A stretch of 64,000 nt of DNA from Candidatus Gastranaerophilales bacterium (GTDB lineage: Bacteria; Cyanobacteriota; Vampirovibrionia; Gastranaerophilales; Gastranaerophilaceae): the NCBI GenBank assembly GCA_944326515.1, contig CALVEI010000001.1, positions 73,604-137,603 on the forward strand. The letters run 5' to 3'. The position numbers and the translations under genes were made by a program. A model generated the notes under the pieces. The model saw only the letters and a program-made list of their open reading frames with translations. It made no database searches and was not told where the DNA came from. This document shows, piece after piece, positions 16,593 to 26,704 of this stretch (position 1 is the first letter of the stretch; every line of letters begins with the position of its first letter).

Positions 16593-17732
16593 ATGTATTA
16601 TGGTGTATATATGGAAAATTTTACGTTATTAAAAGAAGATTCTTTTGAAGATAGCTTGAGCGAAATTCTTCAATTGAACCAAAGGAATGAAAAACATACA
16701 ATTCTGATTGTAGACGACGAGGTGAATAACCTTCAGTTGCTGCGCAGAACACTCAGACACGATTATAATATACTCACTGCTTCAAACGGAAAGGAAGCTC
16801 TTGAGATCGTTGAGGGTAAAGGTGATGAGATTGCTCTTATCGTAAGCGACCAAAAAATGCCCGAAATGGAAGGTACAGAGTTTTTAAAACGTGTTGCGGG
16901 TGAGTATCCTGATATTGTTAAAATTCTTTTAACAGGGCATCTCGATGTAGATGCGATTGTTGATTCTATTAACGATTGCCATTTGTATCAATACATTGTT
17001 AAACCTTTTGACCCTGAAGAACTTAAGATGACAATAGATTCAGGTATCAAAAAATTTGATTTGGTTAATAACAAAACTGTTATTTTAAAAGATTTAAGAG
17101 AATTATTTTATAAAACTATAAAACTTATCGCATCTGCACTGGATGCTAAAGACCCTTATACACACGGTCATTCTTTGAGAGTTACTATGTATTCTTTGAT
17201 TTTGGCAAAGAGTCTTAATCTTGATGATACAACTCTTGAAGAAATCGAAACAGCAGGATTGTTGCACGATATAGGAAAAATCGGTATTCCTCAAAAGATT
17301 CTTTGCAAGCCTGACAAGCTTACCGATGAAGAATATGAGTTGATGAAATCACATCCTGCACGTGCAGAAAAAATGTTGATGGGTATTAAAAAACTTACGG
17401 TAGTATCTAACTGGTTGAGATGTCACCACGAAAGATGGGACGGCAAAGGCTATCCTTATGGGTTAAAAGGTGAAGAAATTCCTATATCAGGTCGTATAAT
17501 TGCGTTGGCTGATACTTACGATGCAATGACTTCAACACGTTCTTATCGTAAAGCTTTAGACCATGAGGTTGCTATAGAAGAAATTAAAAGATGTGCAGGC
17601 ACTCAGTTTGACCCTGTATTGGCAGATTTGTTTGTTAAATGTTCTGACGAAATCAAAGCAGCCAAAGAAGATCCTGAAACTTATTATCCTAAGTACAGTT
17701 ATCTTCAAAAACAAATTTACGAGACAAGATAG
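16593..17732 (+). CDS. Response regulator with an HD-GYP output domain (RpfG-like c-di-GMP phosphodiesterase). The start may be Met7.
   Basis: REC (ILIVDDE...VSDQKMPEMEG...K) followed by canonical HGHSLRV, LLHDIGK and HHERWDGKGYP motifs. Confidence 0.9.
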   Translation: MYYGVYMENFTLLKEDSFEDSLSEILQLNQRNEKHTILIVDDEVNNLQLLRRTLRHDYNILTASNGKEALEIVEGKGDEIALIVSDQKMPEMEGTEFLKRVAGEYPDIVKILLTGHLDVDAIVDSINDCHLYQYIVKPFDPEELKMTIDSGIKKFDLVNNKTVILKDLRELFYKTIKLIASALDAKDPYTHGHSLRVTMYSLILAKSLNLDDTTLEEIETAGLLHDIGKIGIPQKILCKPDKLTDEEYELMKSHPARAEKMLMGIKKLTVVSNWLRCHHERWDGKGYPYGLKGEEIPISGRIIALADTYDAMTSTRSYRKALDHEVAIEEIKRCAGTQFDPVLADLFVKCSDEIKAAKEDPETYYPKYSYLQKQIYETR

Positions 17733-17733
17733 G

Positions 17734-18669
17734 TTAAAAGAAACTTATAATACAAAGAATGGCAAATATTGCAATGAATTTTTGAACATTGTTCATTGTA
17801 AGCATAAATTCTTTTTCGTCTTTAATTTCTTTATCTGTGTAGTTTTGCAGTTGTTTGATTGTTTTTAATGCAGGGAATATTGAAAGAAATATAAACCCAA
17901 ATTTTGCTGACAATAAATGAGAATGTATGCCTAAAAATAAAATTGCATAGACTAAAAACATCATAAAAATGTAAAAGTAATATGCGTTATTTTTGCTCCC
18001 AGAAAGAACGGGGATTGTTCTTTTGCCTTCTTCTTTATCGTGGTTGTAATCCAAAAAGAAATCAGTATAAAGCAATGATATTGCAACCAATGCAAAAGAC
18101 AATGATATCCACAACAATACATTTGAGATGTTGCCTGTCATTACGTAATAAACCCCCGTAAAAAGTAATGGGGAGAATACGGTACCGATAATGATTTCGC
18201 TCAATCCAAGGTAACCTGATTTTGGGTAAATCAAACACAAAATGCCTGTTATAACCATTAATTCTATTATGGGTAATTTATATAAATATATAAAAAACAA
18301 TCCGATAATAAAGGCTATTCCAAACAAAATTGCACAAGCAAGCAGTGCCTTTTTTACGGTTATAAGTCCTTCTCTAAAACATCTGCATTTGCCTTTTTTT
18401 ATATTTATGATTTTATCTTCTTCTTGTTTGCGTAAGTAGTTTTTATAATCCAATATGTCATCAAAAAGATTTGCTCCAAGGTGTACGCAAGCTATTCCTA
18501 TTAAAGCAATGATTCCGTATACAATGCTTCCTTTTGCTGCAATACCTGCTGCAAAAGCTATTGCCCAAGCCGTAATTGACATTGGAAGCGAATATGCACG
18601 TGTACAATCAAGCCAAAAAGTTAAATTTTTCATAGGCAACAGCATAACACAAAAAACTCGTCTTAACAT
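17734..18669 (-). CDS. UbiA-family aromatic prenyltransferase (MenA-like)
   Basis: Polytopic membrane protein with NLFDDILDYKN (NxxxDxxxD) and a second D-rich motif, YTDFFLDYNHDKEEG. Confidence 0.7.
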   Translation of the reverse strand: MLRRVFCVMLLPMKNLTFWLDCTRAYSLPMSITAWAIAFAAGIAAKGSIVYGIIALIGIACVHLGANLFDDILDYKNYLRKQEEDKIINIKKGKCRCFREGLITVKKALLACAILFGIAFIIGLFFIYLYKLPIIELMVITGILCLIYPKSGYLGLSEIIIGTVFSPLLFTGVYYVMTGNISNVLLWISLSFALVAISLLYTDFFLDYNHDKEEGKRTIPVLSGSKNNAYYFYIFMMFLVYAILFLGIHSHLLSAKFGFIFLSIFPALKTIKQLQNYTDKEIKDEKEFMLTMNNVQKFIAIFAILCIISFF

Positions 18670-18769
18670 TTGTTCATATTTGTTGTTTTTAATAGCAAAA
18701 AATATTTTGCCAAGATTTCATGCAAGTGTAAACTCCTCTATAAACTCCGTAATACTAATTCTATCCATC

Positions 18770-18807
18770 TCGGCTTTAATCTGTTTTAGAAAAAGCCGAT
18801 TTTTTTT
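18770..18807 (+). terminator. Orphan Rho-independent terminator-like hairpin upstream of the SpoIID-like gene
   Basis: TCGGCTTT / AAAGCCGA 8-bp stem, 14-nt loop, then 8 T. No plus-strand CDS lies upstream of it. Confidence 0.5.
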
Positions 18808-18868
18808 ATCCTTTTTTACCGTTTTTTTTACTTTTTATAATAAAATTGAAGTAAAAGAGAGAAACAAC

Positions 18869-20569
18869 ATGTTTAAAAAAATACTTATATCACTGAGTTT
18901 GTTAATTTTTGCCATAAATATTAATGCCGAAGTTCAGGCTGTACCTGCGTTAAAAGGCACTATTGTTAAAGTTGGCATAAGTAATCAAAATTTTTCAGAT
19001 TATTATTTTAACAAAACAAAGTTAACAGCAACGGATTCATTTACACTTACTGACAAATCAACAAACACTGTTATTGGTGATTTTGGTGCTGAAGAAGTTG
19101 TTGATATAGTTATTAAAAATAATCTTTTTACGGTTATGCAAGATTCAACAGAAATTGCAAATTGTATTAAGGGACCTGTTGTTATCTCTTCAGATAACGG
19201 ATATGTATCGGTTGCTGGGCTAAAAAGAGCAGGCAAACCCGCATTGTATAGAGGCACAATACAGATAACAAAAGTGCCTAAAAAAGACAATCTGTTCAAT
19301 GTAATAAATGTTTTAGATGTGGAATCTTATCTTAGAGGCGTTGTTCCAAACGAAATGCCTGTAAGATTTGGCATAGAAGCTTTGAAAGCTCAGGCTGTGC
19401 TTGCAAGAAATTATGTGTTAAAACCTAAAGAAAAAAATTATCATAACTTTGATGTTTGCGACTCTGTAGCTTGTCAGGTTTATTTTGGAGCAAACACAGA
19501 ACACGAATTATCTGATAAAGCAGTTTTTGAGACAGAAAATATTGTTGCAATGCATAATGATGAGTTGATTTTGGCATTGTACAGTTCAACAGCCGGCGGA
19601 TATACAGAAAGTTATGAAAATGCTTTTTCAACGGATATGGCTAACGGTGTAAGAATATTCCCCGGAGTACCAAAGCCGTTTTTAAAAGGAGTTCCGGATA
19701 ACAAAAAAACGCCTGTATTGAATAACGAAAAAGAAGCAAGAAAGTTTTATACTTCTACTCCCGATACTTTTGACAATGATTCACCATATTTCAGATGGAC
19801 AAGAGAATGGGAACAAAAAGAACTTGAAAATGTTTTAAAAAGCACACTTAAAGTTCAATCTTCAACAGGATTTGTTAAGCCAAAACTTGATAATCCAAAT
19901 GATTTTGGAACATTAAAAGATATAAAAATTCTAAAACGTGGTGTGTCGGGCAAGGCTATGTCTATTGATATAGTTACTGACAAAAATACTTTTAATGTTC
20001 AAAAAGAACTTGTTATAAGAAGAACATTCAAAAAAGACAATAAAGCGATGCCTTCGGCAAATGTAGTCTTTGATATCGAAAAAATTAAGCAGGATAAAAA
20101 TGACAAAAAGACAGATTCTGCAATAAAAATAACAGCTTATGGCGGAGGTTACGGTCACGGTGTTGGTATGAGCCAGTTTGGTGCAGGCAGTATGAATAAA
20201 AAAGGTTATTCATACTCGGATATTATTCAGCACTATTTTACAGATACAGCCATAACAACAATGCCTGTAACATTGTCGTGTGCGAGCGGTAAAGATACTG
20301 CAGTACAAAAATTTTATTTAACCGATAAAGATAAAAAAGCAAAGTTAGTTGTAGAAAACAAGTTTCAGTTCACTACAATGACAATGGTTCTAAACGGTCA
20401 AGAGTTCAAGCTTGAGCTTGCACCTAAATTGTTTAAACCCGAAAAATTTGACCTTTCTCCATACCTTGTAGAAGGAGAAAATACAATTACATATTTGCTG
20501 CCATACTCTGCAGCGCATAAAAAACCGGTGAGATTATACGTAGAATTAAAAGGTACAGAAAATGAATAA
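18869..20569 (+). CDS. SpoIID/LytB-domain protein with signal peptide and a C-terminal extension
   Basis: The internal start MFKKILISLSLLIFAININA is a signal peptide. SpoIID motifs YLRGVVPNEMP, ALKAQAVLARNY, CDSVACQVY and GHGVGMSQFGA are present. Confidence 0.8.
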   Translation: MFKKILISLSLLIFAININAEVQAVPALKGTIVKVGISNQNFSDYYFNKTKLTATDSFTLTDKSTNTVIGDFGAEEVVDIVIKNNLFTVMQDSTEIANCIKGPVVISSDNGYVSVAGLKRAGKPALYRGTIQITKVPKKDNLFNVINVLDVESYLRGVVPNEMPVRFGIEALKAQAVLARNYVLKPKEKNYHNFDVCDSVACQVYFGANTEHELSDKAVFETENIVAMHNDELILALYSSTAGGYTESYENAFSTDMANGVRIFPGVPKPFLKGVPDNKKTPVLNNEKEARKFYTSTPDTFDNDSPYFRWTREWEQKELENVLKSTLKVQSSTGFVKPKLDNPNDFGTLKDIKILKRGVSGKAMSIDIVTDKNTFNVQKELVIRRTFKKDNKAMPSANVVFDIEKIKQDKNDKKTDSAIKITAYGGGYGHGVGMSQFGAGSMNKKGYSYSDIIQHYFTDTAITTMPVTLSCASGKDTAVQKFYLTDKDKKAKLVVENKFQFTTMTMVLNGQEFKLELAPKLFKPEKFDLSPYLVEGENTITYLLPYSAAHKKPVRLYVELKGTENE

Positions 20570-22184
20570 CAGTGAGAGCAGTGCGCAGACAACAAATGTT
20601 TCTAAAACTCAGAGTTTGCTAAAAGCTGCGTGGATAATAGCTTTTGTAACTATAATCAGTAAGTTGATAGGCTTTTTAAGAGATGTAGTTATTGCAAATT
20701 TCTATGGTGCGGGTATGGTTTCCGACGCTTATTTTTATGCCTATCAAATACCTGCAATATCAATTATTTTGCTTGGTGGTATAGGCGGGCCATTCCACAG
20801 TGCGGTCGTTTCCGTGTTTTCAAAACTTATACCAAACCTTGATGAAAAAGCACCCGATAACGTAAACAAGCTGTTCAATACGTTTTTGACAAGTTCATTT
20901 TTAGTATTTTTGGTTTTAGGTGTACTGGTTTTTGTATTTTCTGATGTAATTATGAAAATAATTATCGCAAACGGTTCTCCTGAATTGATAAGACTTGCAA
21001 GCATTCACTTAAAAATAATGGCACCTGTTTTAACTGTTGGTGGTGTTGTTGGTATTTATTACGGGATTTTGATTGTTTATAAAGAATTTTTAATCCCTAA
21101 TATCTCACCTATTTTGATGAGTGTTGCAATTATTGCAATTATATCTCTTGTTCATAACGATAATTCAGGTGTAGTGCTTGCTGCTGCTACAACTGTTGGT
21201 GCGTTGTGTCAGTTTGTTTATCAACTGCCAAAACTTAAGCAGTTGGGCTTTAAGTTCAAACCAAATCTTGAGGTCTTTAATAACCCTCAGTACAAAAGTA
21301 TCCTTGAGCTTTTGTTCCCTGCAATTTTAAGCTCTACAGTCGGACAAGTTTATATTTATGTAGATATGTTTTTTGCTTCGCAATTGCAAGAAGGTGCTTG
21401 GTCTGCAATCGGTTATGCAAACAGGCTGTTTCAGTTCCCTGTAGGGGTTTTGGTTACAGCGTTTTTAGTTCCGTTGTTCCCTATATTTTCAAAACTTGTT
21501 GGAGAAAAAGACTACGACAATATCAGATATTATTTTAACAAGGGTGTAGGTTTGCTCAATTTTGTTGCTTTCCCAATCCTTGTATTGATTATTTTGCTTT
21601 CTACAAACGCAATTCAGTTGATTTTCCAAAGAGGTGCGTTTAACGAAGTAGCAACGATGATGGTGTCTGAAGCATTATGTTATTTGTCAATTTCTATAAT
21701 CTTTTATGTATTTAGAGATTCTATTACAAGAGTGTTCTATGCGTTTAATGATTCTAGAACACCGTTTCTTGTTGCGTTATCGTCTATAATTATAAAATTT
21801 ATTTTGAACTTTTTGTTTGTAAAACATCTTGGTATAGGCGGTATCACACTTTCAACTTCTTTTGTAACGTTGATAAACGGTTTTTGGTTAGGGCTTTTAA
21901 TCAAGAAAAAAATGAATATGGATTACGGTATTTATTTTAAAAACCTCTTTAAAATGGCAGTAATCTCAATAGCTACATACTACGTATGTTTGGGCGCATA
22001 CAAATTGTGGGATAAATACTTTGAACCTACACAGTTCTTGTTAATCGTAAAAATTATTTTGATAACACTTTTATGCGGAATTGTTTACAGTATTTTTGCT
22101 GCGATAGTAAGAATCCCATACGTGTTTGAGTTATACGGAAGACTAAAAGGTAAGTTGATGAAATTGTCCGATAAAAATTTATAA
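20562..22184 (+). CDS. murJ: Lipid II flippase MurJ (MviN)
   Basis: 540 aa, polytopic. N-terminus SKLIGFLRDVVIANFYGAGMVSDAYFYAYQIP is typical of MurJ. Confidence 0.9.
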   Translation: MNNSESSAQTTNVSKTQSLLKAAWIIAFVTIISKLIGFLRDVVIANFYGAGMVSDAYFYAYQIPAISIILLGGIGGPFHSAVVSVFSKLIPNLDEKAPDNVNKLFNTFLTSSFLVFLVLGVLVFVFSDVIMKIIIANGSPELIRLASIHLKIMAPVLTVGGVVGIYYGILIVYKEFLIPNISPILMSVAIIAIISLVHNDNSGVVLAAATTVGALCQFVYQLPKLKQLGFKFKPNLEVFNNPQYKSILELLFPAILSSTVGQVYIYVDMFFASQLQEGAWSAIGYANRLFQFPVGVLVTAFLVPLFPIFSKLVGEKDYDNIRYYFNKGVGLLNFVAFPILVLIILLSTNAIQLIFQRGAFNEVATMMVSEALCYLSISIIFYVFRDSITRVFYAFNDSRTPFLVALSSIIIKFILNFLFVKHLGIGGITLSTSFVTLINGFWLGLLIKKKMNMDYGIYFKNLFKMAVISIATYYVCLGAYKLWDKYFEPTQFLLIVKIILITLLCGIVYSIFAAIVRIPYVFELYGRLKGKLMKLSDKNL

Positions 22185-22198
22185 AAAGGGGTAAAGTT

Positions 22199-22282
22199 AC
22201 GTGAATGCATTTTTTGAGGACTTATAGAAAAGGTGAGCAGGTGACGGCTCGAAGGCTCGAGTCGGCACTGCGACACTAGATT
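22199..22282 (+). repeat. GC/purine-rich leader repeat element ending in CGACACTAGATT (copy B)
   Basis: GTGAATGCATTTTTTGA..AAGGTGAGCAGG..CTGCGACACTAGATT. About 85-90% identical by eye to copy A over the 3' ~56 nt. It ends 15 nt before the ATG at 22298. Confidence 0.65.
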
Positions 22283-22297
22283 TTAAAGGATAAATTT

Positions 22298-22894
22298 ATG
22301 GATATTTTCAGTGATTCAAGTTATGTAAAAAAATTGAATGAAAAACTCAAACAAGGCGGAGTAATATCGTTTGTTACAGATACCGTTTGGGGTGTCGGAT
22401 GCTTGCCTGATAGTGAAAAAGGCGTTGAAAATATCTATGAACTCAAAAATCGTGATCGTTCAAAACCTCTTATTTTAATGTCAGACAAAGTAGAAAATCT
22501 TTTGCCCTATGTCAAAGATATTCCGCCGCACGCACATGAGCTTATGGAAAAACATTTTCCGGGGGCTTTGACTTTGATATTTGAAAAATCAGACAAAACA
22601 CCTGATTATGTTACATCGTTCAAAAATACCGTAGGTATCCGTGTTCCTAACAATCCGTTTTTTAAAAGTCTTTGTGAGGTAATTGACGGGCATGTTTTGG
22701 CTACTACAAGTGCTAACCTCTCAGGTCAAGAAGCTGCTGCAAGCTATGAAGAAGCAGTTGCGAATGTTGGTGAACATGTAGAATATGTGTTTGAAGATTA
22801 CGGATTTAAAGCTCAGGGGCTTGCTTCTACAGTGGCGCTTGCTGTTAACGATGAGATGAAAGTGCTTCGTCAGGGCGAAGTTGTAATTGATTAA
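22298..22894 (+). CDS. L-threonylcarbamoyladenylate synthase, YrdC/TsaC family
   Basis: VTDTVWGVGC, KNRDRSKPLILM, PGALTLI, VGIRVPN and TSANLSG motifs. Confidence 0.85.
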   Translation: MDIFSDSSYVKKLNEKLKQGGVISFVTDTVWGVGCLPDSEKGVENIYELKNRDRSKPLILMSDKVENLLPYVKDIPPHAHELMEKHFPGALTLIFEKSDKTPDYVTSFKNTVGIRVPNNPFFKSLCEVIDGHVLATTSANLSGQEAAASYEEAVANVGEHVEYVFEDYGFKAQGLASTVALAVNDEMKVLRQGEVVID

Positions 22895-22921
22895 GCTATG
22901 TAACGCTCTGTATTAGTTTGT

Positions 22922-22950
22922 TTGACCCTGCTATACCTTTGATTTAACAT
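22922..22950 (+). promoter_or_regulatory. Candidate sigma70 promoter for metK
   Basis: TTGACC, 17-nt spacer, TAACAT, about 50 nt upstream of the metK ATG. Confidence 0.4.
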
Positions 22951-22999
22951 GTTCCTAATCTCGCAGAGTAATGCGAGCGAAGAAAGGGAACATAAAAAA

Positions 23000-24274
23000 A
23001 TGACATCAAAAAGATTTCTTTTTACGTCAGAATCAGTTACAGAAGGTCACCCTGACAAAGTGTGCGACCAAATTTCTGACGCAATTTTAGATGAATTTCT
23101 CACAAAAGACAAAAGCTCAAGAGTTGCTGCAGAAACTACTGTTACAACAGGTATGGCTCTTGTTTGCGGTGAGATTACATCTGACTGCTACGTGGATATC
23201 CCCGCAGTAGTAAGAAATACTATCAAAAATATCGGTTATGCCGGTGCAGAAGGCGGCGGTTTTGATTACAAAAACTGTGCCGTTTTAACATCTATTGACG
23301 AACAATCTACAGATATTGCAGGCGGTGTAAACAAAGCTCTTGAATCAAGAAGTGACAACTCTGATACTTCTGCTTCAGAAACAGAAAACGTTGGTGCAGG
23401 TGACCAAGGTATTATGTTCGGTTTTGCTTGTGACGAAACTCCTGAACTTATGCCATTGCCAATCAGCCTTGCTCACAGATTGGCTTACAGACTTGCTCAA
23501 GTTAGAAAAAACGGTTCTTTAGGCTACTTAAGACCAGACGGTAAATCTCAAGTTACTGTTGAATATGTTGATGGCAGACCTTCAAGAATCGATACAATAG
23601 TACTTTCTACACAACACGATCCTGAAATCAAAGGCGTGTCAGATAACAAAGAAGTACAAGAAATCATCAGACAAGATTTAATTGAAAAAGTTATCAATCC
23701 TGTATTTGAAAACGATGCAATTAAACCTGATGCTAACACAAAATATTTAATCAACCCTTCAGGAAGATTTGTAATCGGTGGTCCTCAAGGTGACGCTGGT
23801 CTTACAGGTAGAAAAATCATTGTAGATACTTACGGCGGATATTCTCGTCACGGTGGCGGTGCTTTCTCAGGTAAAGATCCTACAAAAGTTGATCGTTCTG
23901 CTGCTTACGCTTCCCGTTATGTTGCTAAAAACGTTGTAGCTGCTGGCTTGGCTCAAAAATGTGAGGTTGAACTTGCATATGCTATCGGTGTTGCAGAACC
24001 TGTTTCTGTAATGGTTGATACTTTTGGCACAGGCGTTATTTCTGATGATGAAATTTCAGCTTTGGTTCAAAAGAACTTTGACCTTAGACCTGCTGCAATC
24101 ATCAAGCAATTTGACTTGAGAGGTTTGCCTGCTAAAAATGGTGGTAAATTCTATCAATTGCTTGCTGCATACGGACATATGGGTCGTACAGACATCGATG
24201 TTCCTTGGGAACATACTGACAAAGCTGCTCAATTGAAAGAGCAAGCAGGTTTGAACTGTTGCGGTTGCAAATAA
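23000..24274 (+). CDS. metK: S-adenosylmethionine synthetase
   Basis: [30 protein letters not shown] and [16 protein letters not shown]. Start placed at the Met preceded by AGGGAA. Confidence 0.95.
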   Translation: MTSKRFLFTSESVTEGHPDKVCDQISDAILDEFLTKDKSSRVAAETTVTTGMALVCGEITSDCYVDIPAVVRNTIKNIGYAGAEGGGFDYKNCAVLTSIDEQSTDIAGGVNKALESRSDNSDTSASETENVGAGDQGIMFGFACDETPELMPLPISLAHRLAYRLAQVRKNGSLGYLRPDGKSQVTVEYVDGRPSRIDTIVLSTQHDPEIKGVSDNKEVQEIIRQDLIEKVINPVFENDAIKPDANTKYLINPSGRFVIGGPQGDAGLTGRKIIVDTYGGYSRHGGGAFSGKDPTKVDRSAAYASRYVAKNVVAAGLAQKCEVELAYAIGVAEPVSVMVDTFGTGVISDDEISALVQKNFDLRPAAIIKQFDLRGLPAKNGGKFYQLLAAYGHMGRTDIDVPWEHTDKAAQLKEQAGLNCCGCK

Positions 24275-24294
24275 GATAAATTCTTTAGAAAAAA

Positions 24295-24328
24295 CAGACT
24301 GATTGTTAAAAAATCGGTCTGTTTTTTT
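24295..24328 (+). terminator. Rho-independent terminator after metK
   Basis: CAGACTGATT / AATCGGTCTG stem (one G-U pair), 7-nt loop, then 7 T. Confidence 0.75.
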
Positions 24329-24424
24329 AATTTTTTGATTAAAAATTTATTATTTTTAGCGTTTTTTTGGTATTTTCTGCAAAAAATGATAGAATATTAA
24401 AAAATACTACATTTGGGAGTAAAA

Positions 24425-26161
24425 ATGAGCGGTACTGAAACTCAACAAAAAACTGATAAATTAACTGGGGCGCAAATATTTCTGGAATGTTTAAGAAAAG
24501 AAGGTGTTAAAGAAATATTCGGTTATCCCGGGGGTGTAATTTTAACTATATACGAAGCTTTATATAACTGCGATTTTATAAAACACTATCTTGTAAGACA
24601 CGAGCAAGCAGCTGTTCATGCGGCTGAAGGTTATTCTCGTATTACGGGCAAACCTGGCGTAGCTTTGGTTACTTCAGGCCCTGGTGCAACAAATTGTATT
24701 ACAGGTATTGCAAATGCCTATTATGATGGCTATCCGTTAATTGTTTTTACAGGACAGGTAGGCAGTGCTCAGATAGGCAACGATGCGTTTCAGGAAGCTG
24801 ATATTATCGGTATCACCCGTTCTTGTTGCAAGCATAATTATCTTGTTAAAGATGTAAAAGATTTACCGAGAATAATAAAAGAAGCCTTTCATATTGCTAC
24901 TACAGGTAAACCCGGGCCGGTTGTTGTAGATATGCCAAAAGATATTTTGAGTGCTTCTTGCGAATTTGTATGGCCTGAAACGGTTAAATTACCCGGGTAT
25001 AATCCAAATTATAACGGACACCCCAAGCAAATTTCAAAAGCTCTTGAGTTGCTTTGTGAGGCAGAGAGACCTGTTATTATTGCGGGTGGTGGTATAGTTG
25101 CTTCTGAAGCTATGGAAGAATTAAAACAGCTTGCAGACAAGTTGCATGTTCCTGTTACAAATACGCTTATGGCAAAGGGTGTTTATCCTGAAACTGATGA
25201 AAAATCATTGGGTATGCTTGGAATGCACGGGAATTTTTGGGCAAACCATGCTGTTACAAACTGTGATGTTTTGTTTGCTGTTGGTACACGTTTTAATGAC
25301 AGAATTACTGGTTGTTTAAAACGCTTTGCAAGAGATGCACAAATCATTCACGTTGATATAGACCCTTGTTCTATAAACAAAAATGTTAAAGTCGATATCC
25401 CGATTATTGGTGATGCCAAAAATGTTTTAAGAGCTATGCTTGATGACTTTAACAACAATAATTATGAAATTCATCATGAAGTTAAACAATCTTGGCTTGA
25501 ACAAATTAACGAGTGGCGCAACAAACGCCCTAAAATTGAACATAATAGCGAAAAATTGAGTGCTATTACAGTTATTCAAAAGCTTTATGAATATACAAAA
25601 GACATGGACCCTGTGATTACAACAGAGGTAGGTCAACATCAGATGTGGGCTGCTCAGTTGTGGAAATGTGACAAACCAAGAAGATTTGTTACTTCAGGCG
25701 GTTTGGGCACAATGGGTTTTGGCTTCCCTGCTGCTATGGGTATTGCGGTTGCTGATAAAGACAGACTTGTTATCAACATCGCGGGTGATGGCAGTATTCA
25801 GATGAATATCCAAGAGCTTGCAACTTGTGTTGAATATCAAATACCTGTTATAAACGTAATTATCAATAACGGTTATTTGGGTATGGTTCGTCAATGGCAA
25901 GAAAAGCTATATCATCAGCATTATTCGGAAACTAAAATTTCTGGCCCTGATTTTGTAAAAGTGGCAGAAGCTTATGGAGCAAGAGGCTTTAGAATCACAA
26001 AAGAAGAGGATATCATTCCTGTTATTCAACAGGCTATTGAATGCAGACAACCTGTATTTATCGATGCCGTTGTTGATGAGTATGAAATGGTTTATCCTTG
26101 GGTATTGGCGGGTAATCCTATCAATAAGGTTTTACTGTCAAATAATTGTCCTATAAATTAG
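24425..26161 (+). CDS. ilvB: Acetolactate synthase large subunit
   Basis: ThDP-enzyme motifs (GYPGG, GPGATN, GGLGTMGFGFPAAMG, GDGS...NN). RBS GGGAG. The candidate extended -10 TGaTAGAAT lies at 24387-24395. Confidence 0.9.
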   Translation: MSGTETQQKTDKLTGAQIFLECLRKEGVKEIFGYPGGVILTIYEALYNCDFIKHYLVRHEQAAVHAAEGYSRITGKPGVALVTSGPGATNCITGIANAYYDGYPLIVFTGQVGSAQIGNDAFQEADIIGITRSCCKHNYLVKDVKDLPRIIKEAFHIATTGKPGPVVVDMPKDILSASCEFVWPETVKLPGYNPNYNGHPKQISKALELLCEAERPVIIAGGGIVASEAMEELKQLADKLHVPVTNTLMAKGVYPETDEKSLGMLGMHGNFWANHAVTNCDVLFAVGTRFNDRITGCLKRFARDAQIIHVDIDPCSINKNVKVDIPIIGDAKNVLRAMLDDFNNNNYEIHHEVKQSWLEQINEWRNKRPKIEHNSEKLSAITVIQKLYEYTKDMDPVITTEVGQHQMWAAQLWKCDKPRRFVTSGGLGTMGFGFPAAMGIAVADKDRLVINIAGDGSIQMNIQELATCVEYQIPVINVIINNGYLGMVRQWQEKLYHQHYSETKISGPDFVKVAEAYGARGFRITKEEDIIPVIQQAIECRQPVFIDAVVDEYEMVYPWVLAGNPINKVLLSNNCPIN

Positions 26162-26178
26162 TCATTAAAGGTTATAAG

Positions 26179-26700
26179 ATGAGCAATAATAATAGCAAAA
26201 ATCACGTAATTTCTGTTCTTGTTAAAGACGAGGCCGGTATAGTTTCTCGAGTTAGCGGCTTATTTTCAGGTAGAGGCTACAGTATAGAAAGTATTACTGC
26301 TGCCCAGACAAGTGAAAAAGGTTATGCAAGAATCACTATAGAAACATCAGGCGGTGATGAAAATGTTATCGAACAAATTACAAAACAGTTAAATAGACTT
26401 ATTCCTGTTTTAAAAGTTGTTGATTTGGGTGATGTTGAATCTATCGAGCGTGAGCTTATTTTATGCAAAGTTATTGCTAAGGACGAAGACCGTTCTGAAA
26501 TTTTAAGAATTGCTGAAATTTTTGGAGCAAAAATTATCGATGTAACTCAGAGAACTTATACGTTAGAGGCAATAGGTGATGAGCGTCAAATTCGTTCTTT
26601 GATAGAGTTGTTAAAACCAATTGGAATTAAAGAATTGGTGCGTTCAGGTAAAGTGGGAATCACTCGTTCTAACCAATTTACCAACACAAAAGCAGAGTAG
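26179..26700 (+). CDS. ilvN: Acetolactate synthase small (regulatory) subunit
   Basis: ACT-domain start HVISVLVKDEAGIVSRVSGLFSGRGYSIESI. It lies directly after ilvB. Confidence 0.85.
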   Translation: MSNNNSKNHVISVLVKDEAGIVSRVSGLFSGRGYSIESITAAQTSEKGYARITIETSGGDENVIEQITKQLNRLIPVLKVVDLGDVESIERELILCKVIAKDEDRSEILRIAEIFGAKIIDVTQRTYTLEAIGDERQIRSLIELLKPIGIKELVRSGKVGITRSNQFTNTKAE

Positions 26701-26704
26701 TATT

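Noticed and set aside
18455-18868. 138-codon N-terminal extension of the SpoIID-like ORF
   Set aside because: The extension runs antisense through the UbiA-family gene and the intergenic terminator-like hairpin. The internal Met at 18869 gives a proper signal peptide.
22895-22999. Possible SAM riboswitch upstream of metK
   Set aside because: The leader after the predicted promoter is only about 45 nt with one small hairpin (CTCGCA/TGCGAG). That is too short for SAM-I, and I saw no recognisable SAM-II, SAM-V or SAM-VI pseudoknot motifs.
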